A DNA stretch of 32,427 nt, from positions 1-32,427 of IMG/VR virus record IMGVR_UViG_3300000298_000020; one strand, given 5' to 3'. The notes under the pieces are model-generated. The model ran no database searches. It was not told the origin of the DNA and was given only the letters and a program-made list of their open reading frames with translations. The stretch comes from a virus. The position numbers were made by a program, and so were the translations under genes. Of this stretch, positions 16,501 through 24,032 are shown piece by piece (the first letter of the stretch is position 1; each line of letters begins with the position of its first letter).

Positions 16501-17139
16501 AACAGGAATAATTTCACTTCCTCCTGTCATAGTCGCCTCGTAATACTCCAACATTGTATTAGCATTTACAGGATTAGCAGCGCAAGTTATTGTAAATCTG
16601 TATCCCTTGCCTGCCTCTATTTCCGCCGCTGTAAGAGCAGGGATGTTCAGCGTTATTGTTTTTGAATTTATACCCTGCTGCACCTGCGCCAATGCCAAAC
16701 CGGTAGTGTAATAATCCGACCAATCGCCTGCTTCGCTTGTAGTTTTATCCGCGTAACTTCTGCGTGAACTTTTAATCCTCCTCAAATAAGCCGTTCCATT
16801 ATTGGCATAATATACGGCGTTATCTGCGTTGGGAATTGACGTAGGTCCGCTGTAAAAAACTGCATATTCAATTTCCGTGCCCGGTACGTCTACGTATGGT
16901 CCGTCCCAATTCTCGCCGAACTCTGTCCTGTGTGTTTCTATACGACGCACTGTCGTCTTGACGTTCATTTCAAAGAGATTTTGAAATTGCGTTCCCGTTG
17001 ACGTGGCGGCTTTGCAATATAACGTAGGAGTTGTGAACGTAATAGTTAGCGGGACTGCCGCGTTCTGAACTGCCAAAAGATTAGATATCTCTTCCGTATT
17101 ACTCCATTCGTATTGATAGTTGTTTTTAAAGATTGGCAT
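13534..17139 (-). CDS. Large virion/tail structural protein (1201 aa)
   Basis: Longest ORF in the window, located in the tail module. No catalytic motif recognised by eye. Confidence 0.6.
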   Translation of the reverse strand: MPIFKNNYQYEWSNTEEISNLLAVQNAAVPLTITFTTPTLYCKAATSTGTQFQNLFEMNVKTTVRRIETHRTEFGENWDGPYVDVPGTEIEYAVFYSGPTSIPNADNAVYYANNGTAYLRRIKSSRRSYADKTTSEAGDWSDYYTTGLALAQVQQGINSKTITLNIPALTAAEIEAGKGYRFTITCAANPVNANTMLEYYEATMTGGSEIIPVLIGTVTYYWWDIYTSATPVVDSSTVRITTSFEYKDMSVTTIGGPLIASGEKYSCYNLLRKALLTLDTHILDNRVQSLDEFGSMGNTQPSLEHAIIVDNEWNNRLKTAIAHETIFEQKNLWEVLLQIGYYIHAIPYLEFADDETDRFILKFRQLGGTRTKTDNSGKITVFNSRNLSEYFTQYESYVTNLFSPQNIVDEWVVAKTSDPSFLISNNTAEIQLSYSVLAIEEFDISLQLPDGNWDTRSALDMVFEKSIYDILSNANPYDVYPSKGAALYYVLGDNKIQGLNFVPPGVNSGDQIMALKRILQLVWQGTDIGNIDNIKFNNLMFHVKFHTQDTVRFTQFRPDFAAFVRNSTFEKYPHHEQFFGQQDKIVDSERFSQNLFGKLIRVGNGIYQRQEYAMPENEKESGDMVTINGEAYYVTETENECYPDAIFQKVTYSKNFNQLANIVTIPSEPRFYEVSERSKIRREVRLMDFFTLSTQRNTEAKPPRFLSPLYWRNFIKWLVFNKPDDPNNPPVLPNYAWTRFKADKLRLHTNASGFVIPNNQLFPSSLIDRTDPNEIHPKDPSDHSDCTVPLLHFPTHDGIIFEWDMADNFKAGDFVDTPVEGQVPNGDNSTINEIIDAVNSLLETGKLTPLPDDTADASYLSMQPLRYCDVMGRADLFEFRLFNKTDWTFEEAQTAIMGTDKPTVRQTVAGGGNDNVGIALDKDAREAISFNYQINFLHKASEADVEDFITFPNLFGQKESELKMLLLSEPQSLFNENINLSGANVVADNVVYDLLDDGQEAIELRITPPDGLDLSQVQAIALYQENQQGSRYAYIVKNVSKLADVDKLQSWWIYPEFIDGASGGLPTDPVEETVTFPYTGIVFDVTSFQMQVAPPPYGSSRPPAPSEAEQLEYISIPLAGTPLDGIEIIELIDVSMEGYRFNDDAENVSAVVNFIQNNVLYIRLKLADTNEWYRFHNQTSASDSPSEYRRSKVNVTYTTNP

Positions 17140-17156
17140 TTTTAATTCCTTTTAAC

Positions 17157-17185
17157 TTGATTTTTGTAGCAACTTCTTGTATAAT
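17157..17185 (+). promoter_or_regulatory. Near-consensus promoter TTGATT-17-(TG)TATAAT for the moron
   Basis: TTGATT at 17157-17162, a 17-nt spacer ending in TG, then TATAAT at 17180-17185. It lies 31 nt upstream of ATG 17217. Confidence 0.65.
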
Positions 17186-17216
17186 TTCAACATCATTTAG
17201 TGGTTGAGGTGCTTTC

Positions 17217-17738
17217 ATGAAAAAAATAACCAAAAAGCAAATCGCGCTAATTCTCATGATGATTATTTGCGCGCTACTTTTTTTATTTTTTTTTGTAATA
17301 GGAATTATTGGTTTGGTCAATTTTTTCAAAAATAACGGAAAAATATCCGAACCAATAATTATCAGACAAATATTTGTGTATTTGTATTTTTGTTTGTTGT
17401 TCGGTTTAATAATTTGGCTTGCCGTTTTGTCTTTCAAAAATAATGTACTTTACTCTTATAAAAGACGAATCACCTTAATTGTTCTTGTACTTACTTGTGC
17501 AATTTTTCTTATTATAAGCATTTGGCACATGACTGATAACTTAATACACCAAACTATTCCTGCCTTAAAAGAACTTAAACAGAATTACCCAAACAATCCC
17601 CTAATAACCGAAATCAAAAAAACAATTTCTATCAACATTTGTTATCAAGTAATTCTCTTTATTTTTTATAGTTTCTTTTTATTATTATCAATACCCTTCA
17701 TGCGTAAGCTAAACGATAATTCCACCGCTACCATATAA
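17217..17738 (+). CDS. AT-rich, opposite-strand membrane protein (173 aa, about 4 TM): moron
   Basis: Only plus-strand gene inside the late region. Visibly lower GC than its flanks. Has its own promoter. Its 3-prime end overlaps the end of the convergent gene 17709-18227 by 30 nt. Confidence 0.7.
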   Translation: MKKITKKQIALILMMIICALLFLFFFVIGIIGLVNFFKNNGKISEPIIIRQIFVYLYFCLLFGLIIWLAVLSFKNNVLYSYKRRITLIVLVLTCAIFLIISIWHMTDNLIHQTIPALKELKQNYPNNPLITEIKKTISINICYQVILFIFYSFFLLLSIPFMRKLNDNSTATI

Positions 17739-18227
17739 AGGATATTTAAAGTCTTCCGACAACCTTTCGGCAGAAGAAGATCCCGCAGGCGGTGAAATAG
17801 ATACGTCGGCTATCTTGTCGCTGCTTTGCGTGGTTTTGTAGTTGAGGGAAACGTCCTTTAATTCGTATGTCAGCGCTATATTATCTACGTGCATGCCCTG
17901 CGCAACCACGCTTGCCTCTATCAGATAAATCCTGTGGCAGCATATTTCTGCCATGCCGACGTATTCCTCTACGTCGTCATGTTCTACGACAAAATCCCAC
18001 TTGCGAGGCGTATCTGAATAATCCGCTGTAATATACCGCTCCAGCCTGAATTTTGTTTTTGGCTGAAAAGCATTTCGCGTAGAAATAGGCATGCCCTCAA
18101 GGATAATCTCGCCGGTGTCCATTGTCTCGTCTAATCTGTCCTCGATATAAACCGGCGCGACCAAATATTTCGTATATTCTGTTGACTTAACTCCGTTCTC
18201 CCATAAAAATACTCTCCAATAATACAT
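17709..18227 (-). CDS. Hypothetical tail protein (172 aa)
   Basis: ORF in the tail module, immediately upstream (in transcription order) of the moron and the 1201-aa gene. Confidence 0.5.
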   Translation of the reverse strand: MYYWRVFLWENGVKSTEYTKYLVAPVYIEDRLDETMDTGEIILEGMPISTRNAFQPKTKFRLERYITADYSDTPRKWDFVVEHDDVEEYVGMAEICCHRIYLIEASVVAQGMHVDNIALTYELKDVSLNYKTTQSSDKIADVSISPPAGSSSAERLSEDFKYPLYGSGGIIV

Positions 18228-18788
18228 TTATCTGACTCTCCCTGTAAATACAGAATAATTTGCCCGCGCAAGGTTGTATGCCTGATTGTTGTTGTCGGTA
18301 AAGCGTTGGTATTGGTAATCCCGCTCCCTTTCCGCATATTTAAAGCCCAGATTGACGCCCGAGCTTGCAGCTCCCACAACCGCGCCGATGACAACTCCCG
18401 GAACTCCGAATACTGCGCCCGCGCCTGCTCCGCCAAGTGCCCCCTGTCCTAAGCTTAATACGTCCGTAACCTGTTCGATTCGCCTGTTGACTACTGCTTG
18501 GTAATTTGCGTCGCCATTCTTCCTGCCAATATCTGAAATGTAATAATTCGCGAATTGTTTAGCCGTCTGTGTCGCCAAATTTACGGCAGATTGCAGCGCA
18601 AAAAACTGTGTCGGCGTTGTTGCCTGCTTGACCTTGTTCTTGATTGTCTGATTTAAATGAAATATTTTGTAAAGCGCGGAGTTTTTCCCTCCTGTTTTTT
18701 TTTGTCCGCTGTCACCCGTCGTGCCGGTATTCTCATCGGTTACTTTTCCTCCGTCTACAACGGTTATCCTCAAGTTATGCAGAGCCAT
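18228..18788 (-). CDS. Virion protein with glycine-zipper hydrophobic segment (186 aa)
   Basis: Contains GALGGAGAGAVFGVPGVVIGAVVGAASSG. Could be an internal/ejection-type protein, but this is only inferred. Confidence 0.45.
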   Translation of the reverse strand: MALHNLRITVVDGGKVTDENTGTTGDSGQKKTGGKNSALYKIFHLNQTIKNKVKQATTPTQFFALQSAVNLATQTAKQFANYYISDIGRKNGDANYQAVVNRRIEQVTDVLSLGQGALGGAGAGAVFGVPGVVIGAVVGAASSGVNLGFKYAERERDYQYQRFTDNNNQAYNLARANYSVFTGRVR

Positions 18789-19767
18789 AATTCACCCCTT
18801 TAGGAGAAAGCTTCAAAGTGTGCGTTTCGTTACCCGTGTCCGATGCTACTATAATCTGGTGGTCTTGTATGACCACGTCGTGCACATAGGTCTTGTCCGC
18901 TCTTTTTATAGTCATGGAAAACACCTGATTATTATTACCCTGCTCGGAAAATGCTTTGTCCGAAACGTAATTTATAAACGGATTGTTGTAACCGTCAAAG
19001 ACGAGCACCCAACCGTTTGCCCGCGCAAGGTTAATTTCACCAGTGTTATAGGGCGCGTTCATGAATGGCACTGCCTTTTGCGTCATGATGCTTGCCGTAG
19101 AAAGGCTTGTAAGGGGCACTGTGGCGGTTTTATTCTCATCTCCGTCCAACCACTCAAAACTCACGGTATAGTCGCTATAACTGACAACGTCGGGATACAG
19201 CAAAAGACTTACGGTCACTTCGCACACCGCCATTTCGCCGCAAGCCGTTCCTGTCTGGATATCCACGACATTGGGACCGTTGAAGATTATGACCGCCTGA
19301 CGCGTCTCGCGAGTGTCTGCTTCGCCCGCTTTGGGCGGAATACCGAACTTGACCGGAAAGCGCAAGCCGCTTGTCGCAACATTGCAGTCCTCTATCAAGT
19401 CCTCGAGCAGCTTGACCTTGTCCGACTGTATCCAGTATTCCATTGTCGGCGAAAGCACGCAAACGTCTACGTCTTTAGAAAAAAGACGCTCGATTTCGCC
19501 GCGCACGACGGAACAAAAGCCCCTGTCCAATGCCGCCAGCGCGTTTGTCTCCGCTCCCTCTTTTATTTTTTGCGCGATTATAGCCGCAGTGGATACCGGT
19601 CTATGTTTGAAAGTGAAATACTCTACGTTAAGAATGTCCTGTATAGTTCTCCCCTGCCAATCCGGCGGCGCGGACGGGTCTGTTATGACGGTATTAACGT
19701 CCTCGTCGTCCAGAATGCTCTTTATAATCGTGAGCACTCCGTCCGCCGTAATTTTTACTTTCTCCAC
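18775..19767 (-). CDS. Hypothetical structural protein (330 aa)
   Basis: GTG start at 19767. Protein-like composition, unlike the Arg/Cys/His-rich antisense ORF 18721-19824. Confidence 0.55.
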   Translation of the reverse strand: MEKVKITADGVLTIIKSILDDEDVNTVITDPSAPPDWQGRTIQDILNVEYFTFKHRPVSTAAIIAQKIKEGAETNALAALDRGFCSVVRGEIERLFSKDVDVCVLSPTMEYWIQSDKVKLLEDLIEDCNVATSGLRFPVKFGIPPKAGEADTRETRQAVIIFNGPNVVDIQTGTACGEMAVCEVTVSLLLYPDVVSYSDYTVSFEWLDGDENKTATVPLTSLSTASIMTQKAVPFMNAPYNTGEINLARANGWVLVFDGYNNPFINYVSDKAFSEQGNNNQVFSMTIKRADKTYVHDVVIQDHQIIVASDTGNETHTLKLSPKGVNYGSA

Positions 19768-19770
19768 TTT

Positions 19771-20286
19771 TTACTCCTTGTAGTCCACTTTCTTTTTCCA
19801 CGCCTCCTGCTTTTTCACGTATGAGACCGGTGGTGGCGCGTTCCTCGACTTCGCGCTCTGAAAATCCGGATTGTACATTATATTTTCCAAAACCGCCTTC
19901 ATTGCGGATAGCTTCTTATACGAAGTATTAAGGTCCGCCATCTGGTCTAACGTCGAATAAGGAAGATATAAATTCGTATTATTTCTTATGCCCTTAACTA
20001 CAGTCGGCATGCTGTTAAAAAATGCCTCTATTATGCCTTTCATTTCGTTTGTGCGCCGCAAAATATTCTCATGCTTGCCTTTCACGACAAGTTCGCCGTC
20101 CCCCGTCACGGTGCCGTTGAATACACCTCGCAGGTACTCCAGCACGCGCCGCTCTGTTGTGGCAAATGAATAAACATTTTGCAACGGTGCTTTTTCATCA
20201 AATTGCGGAAATACGTTAGCAAGCTGAGGGTTTGAAAATAAATCCCGCATTTTGAATCTACTGCTATATTTCACACCTTTGTTCAT
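19771..20286 (-). CDS. Hypothetical structural protein (171 aa)
   Basis: ORF in the head-tail region, tightly packed. Confidence 0.5.
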   Translation of the reverse strand: MNKGVKYSSRFKMRDLFSNPQLANVFPQFDEKAPLQNVYSFATTERRVLEYLRGVFNGTVTGDGELVVKGKHENILRRTNEMKGIIEAFFNSMPTVVKGIRNNTNLYLPYSTLDQMADLNTSYKKLSAMKAVLENIMYNPDFQSAKSRNAPPPVSYVKKQEAWKKKVDYKE

Positions 20287-20684
20287 AGCAGCTTCCGTAT
20301 AGGGAGATAAACGGTGGCTAAATTTTTCATACTTTTTTTACAAACCCGTTGCGCTCCGCTTTCCTCAACTATCCACGGCTCGTCATCTATCACGAGAATA
20401 TCTCCGGCGTCCGGTTCATTTGGGTCGTCCTTGACCGGCTTCCAGCTTCCGTAAAATTTGATTGTCATAGAAGAATTGTCTACTAAAAGCCCGCCCACAG
20501 GCTGCTCAGTGCCGCCCTGCATGTCGTCCGCTTCTGTCCATGCAATACTCCCGCGCGTGCGGTAATAATTTTTTTGAAAAATCATGACAGTATCGTCCAT
20601 CTCGAAATTTTCCGTCGGAGTGAAACGCTTATATATCCGGGCGGGCGGATTGGTCTGACTTCCGTAAATCGGCGGCAGCCACAT
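20283..20684 (-). CDS. Hypothetical head-tail protein (133 aa)
   Basis: ORF with a 4-nt overlap to the next gene. Confidence 0.5.
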   Translation of the reverse strand: MWLPPIYGSQTNPPARIYKRFTPTENFEMDDTVMIFQKNYYRTRGSIAWTEADDMQGGTEQPVGGLLVDNSSMTIKFYGSWKPVKDDPNEPDAGDILVIDDEPWIVEESGAQRVCKKSMKNLATVYLPIRKLL

Positions 20685-20685
20685 G

Positions 20686-21243
20686 TCACATCCCCTCCTT
20701 AAAGTTAATTAAGCGCTTGCCGGGTATGTCGCCATTGAATAACAGCCCGAGAGATTGCAGGATGTCGAGAGATTTCGGCGATATATGCCTGAACTCCTTT
20801 CGGAGCTGCTTGTGATATATGCTAGTGTTGCTGTCAATGTCAATACCGTTAAAGTCACGCACGTCAAAGTTTTTAACTTTGTATTGCGCCTGAAAAAGCA
20901 ATGCTTTTTCAAACTCTTTCCGCGCCGCATATCTGCGTGGAAAACGCAATGAACGCGATTGAGCTATTAGCCAACAGCTATATTCGTAATTGAACGGCGC
21001 AAGCCTAGCTATAACTCCATACAGGTCGTCGCTTAACTCCTCGATAAACTCCAACAGCTGCTTGGGATTATGACCGGCATATATCGTTATTCCATAATCC
21101 TCAAGCTTATCTACTGTCAAAAAATAGCGAGAAATCATCGCGTCGTATATCATGTATTGAGTCGAACATGGATATTTCGCGGTGTCACCCAGCGTTTTAA
21201 AATCATCCGGATCGTTATAAATCGGAATGTCGCTTTGCTTCAC
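20686..21243 (-). CDS. Hypothetical head-tail connector-region protein (185 aa)
   Basis: ORF assigned by position only. Confidence 0.5.
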   Translation of the reverse strand: MKQSDIPIYNDPDDFKTLGDTAKYPCSTQYMIYDAMISRYFLTVDKLEDYGITIYAGHNPKQLLEFIEELSDDLYGVIARLAPFNYEYSCWLIAQSRSLRFPRRYAARKEFEKALLFQAQYKVKNFDVRDFNGIDIDSNTSIYHKQLRKEFRHISPKSLDILQSLGLLFNGDIPGKRLINFKEGM

Positions 21244-21719
21244 TTTTTGCCTCCTGTCGGCTCTCCAACCGAATTAAGCCGTCGCATAATTTTTTTGTCG
21301 TATCTTTCCTTGGCTTCTTTAGCCCATTGTTGAGTCGTGAAATTGGGGTCTTGCGCTTTTCTCTCTTTAAACCCCGGCAATGCAGTTTGGTTTGTGGAAC
21401 CGAGCGTTTTCATCATAATACCGCGTTCCGCAAGATAGCCCGCAGTATTCTGCGCCGGAGCGCCTAATGCGTTTCTTGTGCTGACTACGCGACCAAGTGT
21501 TTTGTATGTTTTCCCGCTTTTGGGGTGCGTGACGGTAGGCGTCACGATATCACCAGCGCGAACATTTTCTCCCGCGAGATAATTGTAAACTTTACCGCCG
21601 CCGTTATGTCCGTATAGGATTCCGACTTGACGTTGATTTTTTTGCCCCACTCGGCTTGTCGGTCTGTCTGTGGGCTTGCCGACAACCTCTCCAAACGCGT
21701 TTAATCTTTGAAATTGCAC
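21240..21719 (-). CDS. Hypothetical protein (159 aa)
   Basis: GTG start at 21719, preceded by GGGAGGA. Downstream of the tRNA. Confidence 0.5.
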   Translation of the reverse strand: MQFQRLNAFGEVVGKPTDRPTSRVGQKNQRQVGILYGHNGGGKVYNYLAGENVRAGDIVTPTVTHPKSGKTYKTLGRVVSTRNALGAPAQNTAGYLAERGIMMKTLGSTNQTALPGFKERKAQDPNFTTQQWAKEAKERYDKKIMRRLNSVGEPTGGKK

Positions 21720-21743
21720 AGCCTAATCCTCCCAATTCTTTTA

Positions 21744-21819
21744 TTGGCTGCCCCTGTCCGATTTGAACGAACACACTCCGGGTCAAAGCCGGTTGCCCTA
21801 CCCTGTTAGGCTAAGGGGC
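21744..21819 (-). tRNA. tRNA-Gln (anticodon UUG), 76 nt, CCA encoded
   Basis: Manual fold of the minus strand. Acceptor TGCCCCT/AGGGGCA (7 bp, U1-A72), then U8 A9. D arm GCCT-AACAGGGTA-GGGC. Anticodon arm ACCGG-CTTTGAC-CCGGA (U33, TTG, A37; one A-A mismatch at 27-43). Variable loop GTGT. T arm GTTCG-TTCAAAT-CGGAC. Discriminator G, then CCA. Confidence 0.88.
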
Positions 21820-21825
21820 AATAAA

Positions 21826-21851
21826 CGAGAGAGCGGAGTTATCCGCCCTCT
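21826..21851 (-). terminator. 11-bp stem-loop directly upstream of the tRNA (weak terminator or processing structure)
   Basis: Minus-strand GAGAGGGCGGA-TAAC-TCCGCTCTCTC, followed by GTTTATTG and then the tRNA 5-prime end. Confidence 0.4.
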
Positions 21852-21863
21852 CTTACGGTTATT

Positions 21864-22097
21864 CTACCAATCCCCGTTGGCATTGCGAATAATATCGCTA
21901 TCCAAAATCTCAGCTGCTTTATTCGATTTTGCTGCACTTCCTCTACTTTTCTTTCGCGACGCAGGAATATATTCCGCTGCAAATCCCTTTTCGACAAGTT
22001 CACTGCCACGCTCATCGTCCACTTCTATGAAAGAGCCGATTGTGCGAATTTCTTTAGTCAACCTGTCGCTAAATGATTTTAATATCTTAACAACCAT
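21864..22097 (-). CDS. Hypothetical small head-associated protein (77 aa)
   Basis: ORF directly downstream of the capsid gene. Confidence 0.5.
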   Translation of the reverse strand: MVVKILKSFSDRLTKEIRTIGSFIEVDDERGSELVEKGFAAEYIPASRKKSRGSAAKSNKAAEILDSDIIRNANGDW

Positions 22098-22107
22098 GAA
22101 AGTTCCC

Positions 22108-23367
22108 TTAAACTTCGGGCAATCCCGCCGTCAACGTCTGATTGCCGTCAGCCGTAGTAGTAAGGGTAGAGTCCGCTCCAACCATAGGGTCGTTGTCAAA
22201 GTTCAAGTTGGGGAGTACCAATTTTCCGGCGATAGCCTTGCGTATAGTTGTGACCGAAGCAAGTGCGGTTGCAGCGTCCGTCCAGCCAGTCCCACTGAAC
22301 ACTGCCTTAATCGAGTTACCAGACAAGCAACGTACGCCCATATTGACTTTAGGTTGAACGATAACTCCCTGTACATCTGGATCGTCCACCGTCTTGAACG
22401 ATGTCGGACGTATTCCGCGCAACGTGGTATTCGCCGGACAGATAAGGCATGAAATTTGAGAAAGCAAGGTGATTGTAGCCGCGTCGGTAGTGGAGTCAAG
22501 CCCCATATAATACCACGTAGCGTCTTTAATCTGTTGCAAGACCTGATAAACAGGTATTCCGTCTATCCAGCCGACGAAGCCCTTTTCGTAGTCTGCAACC
22601 GTTTTCTTTTCGTTTGTAAATGCATTCATGCCGCCGCCGGCAACCATTCTTGCCGCAATATCGCTGGCATGGTTAGTTGCAGGCAAGGACAGGTATACGA
22701 GGAATGTAGTGTCCCAGATAAAGGCTTGCCGCTCGTCGGCGGGGTAATAACCTGCGTATAGCTTGCTGTCTCCATTTGATACCTTTGCGTTTGCAAGCTT
22801 AAATTTAAGCAACGCTCCCGATTTGTCCGAAGAATCGTATGCAAAAGTTTCAATCGCCGCAGCAACTTCAGCGGCTGTAGGAGTGGCACTGAAGCTATCC
22901 ATAAAGAATTGATAAATTTGAGTTGCAAAAGTATACCCGTTGATGTTGATTGCGATGTCCTGTTCGATTTGCGCGCGGCAAATTTGCTCAAACCCCTCAT
23001 CGAGATTAGCTGCGCCTACACCCTCAACCTCGTCTTCGGATATAGCTATATTCTCGTCGTAACGTTTCAAGATGTCTATCGAGAAACGCTTAGACAGCAC
23101 GTGTCTGCGCTGCCCGGTGCTCGCGTCGGGCAAGTTCTTTTGATTTGCCCAATAACCGTTGGACGACGCGCCTCTCATGCGGAAACGACCGTTAAGCGGA
23201 ATTGGTACAAAGATATCCACCATCGACGCATTGGTCTGTTCCGGGCGGACAAATCTGTCTGTGATGCCAAAACCGTCCTTATGTATGACGTCTTGGTACA
23301 AATTTTTGTAAACCGTACGGCTTACAAGTCTTGCAACCTGCTGATTGCTTAAGTTAAAAAGTCCCAT
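22108..23367 (-). CDS. Major capsid protein (putative)
   Basis: 419-aa ORF following an acidic scaffold-like gene and the portal, which is the canonical order. No motif-level proof. Confidence 0.6.
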   Translation of the reverse strand: MGLFNLSNQQVARLVSRTVYKNLYQDVIHKDGFGITDRFVRPEQTNASMVDIFVPIPLNGRFRMRGASSNGYWANQKNLPDASTGQRRHVLSKRFSIDILKRYDENIAISEDEVEGVGAANLDEGFEQICRAQIEQDIAININGYTFATQIYQFFMDSFSATPTAAEVAAAIETFAYDSSDKSGALLKFKLANAKVSNGDSKLYAGYYPADERQAFIWDTTFLVYLSLPATNHASDIAARMVAGGGMNAFTNEKKTVADYEKGFVGWIDGIPVYQVLQQIKDATWYYMGLDSTTDAATITLLSQISCLICPANTTLRGIRPTSFKTVDDPDVQGVIVQPKVNMGVRCLSGNSIKAVFSGTGWTDAATALASVTTIRKAIAGKLVLPNLNFDNDPMVGADSTLTTTADGNQTLTAGLPEV

Positions 23368-23390
23368 AATTTTTTATCTCCTTTTAGTTT

Positions 23391-24032
23391 TTAATAATTT
23401 TTTCGCATGTGCGGAATGTCTGAAAGGTCATCGTCGTAGAGTGGATTGACTTTGCCGAAACCTGCAGGCTTACCCGCCAGTCCGAATGCTCCCTCCACCT
23501 TTGCTTTGAGCTGTTTGATTTCGGCTTCCAATGCCATGTTTTTAGCGTTAAGCCCGTCTATAATCTCCTGATAATCCACAGGTGGCGGGTCGCTGTCTTC
23601 GTTTGAAAGCGTAGATGTCGTCATATCGTCCGTCGGCTCATCGGAAGTCTGCTTCCCTTGCGTCATAGACGGAATAGGGTCAGTATCTGGTGCAGTTTCT
23701 GCATTTGGCACGACTTCGGGCTCGGTCTCTTTTACTATCTCATCAGTTTTCTGGTCGTCCTCGACAGCCTTTTTAAGTTCTTTCTCGTCTTCTTCTACTT
23801 CCTCGCTGGGCCCCCCTGTCTCTTTGTCCTCCTCGATATCCTCGATTACGTCTTCAGCCTTTTCCATCACTTCGTCATCTGCGACCTCGTCGGCGGCTTT
23901 CGCTTCGGAATTAGCTTTGTTTTTGGAATTCTCCACTTCGGGCGAGACTTCGGCAGATAAAGCTTCTTTTAACTTCTCCGTTTCCGCTTTAGTCAGCGAT
24001 TTTATCGCCGCTAAAATCTCATTAAGTTTCAT
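23391..24032 (-). CDS. Scaffolding protein (putative)
   Basis: Highly acidic, Glu/Lys-rich helical protein located between the portal and the capsid gene. Confidence 0.55.
   Translation of the reverse strand: MKLNEILAAIKSLTKAETEKLKEALSAEVSPEVENSKNKANSEAKAADEVADDEVMEKAEDVIEDIEEDKETGGPSEEVEEDEKELKKAVEDDQKTDEIVKETEPEVVPNAETAPDTDPIPSMTQGKQTSDEPTDDMTTSTLSNEDSDPPPVDYQEIIDGLNAKNMALEAEIKQLKAKVEGAFGLAGKPAGFGKVNPLYDDDLSDIPHMRKNY

Noticed and set aside
18721-19824. 367-aa plus-strand ORF
   Set aside because: It is fully antisense to the 330-aa minus-strand gene. Its translation is Arg/Cys/His-rich and non-protein-like, it has no RBS, and it lies in a unidirectional operon.
21744-21819. Suppressor tRNA implying stop-codon reassignment
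   Set aside because: The anticodon loop reads CTTTGAC, with TTG at positions 34-36. This is an ordinary Gln anticodon, not CUA, UCA or UUA.
21763-22452. 229-aa plus-strand ORF, and the 60-aa ORF 21604-21786
   Set aside because: Both are antisense to, or overlap, the capsid gene and the tRNA-Gln. They have low-complexity translations. The locus is explained by the tRNA and flanking minus-strand genes.
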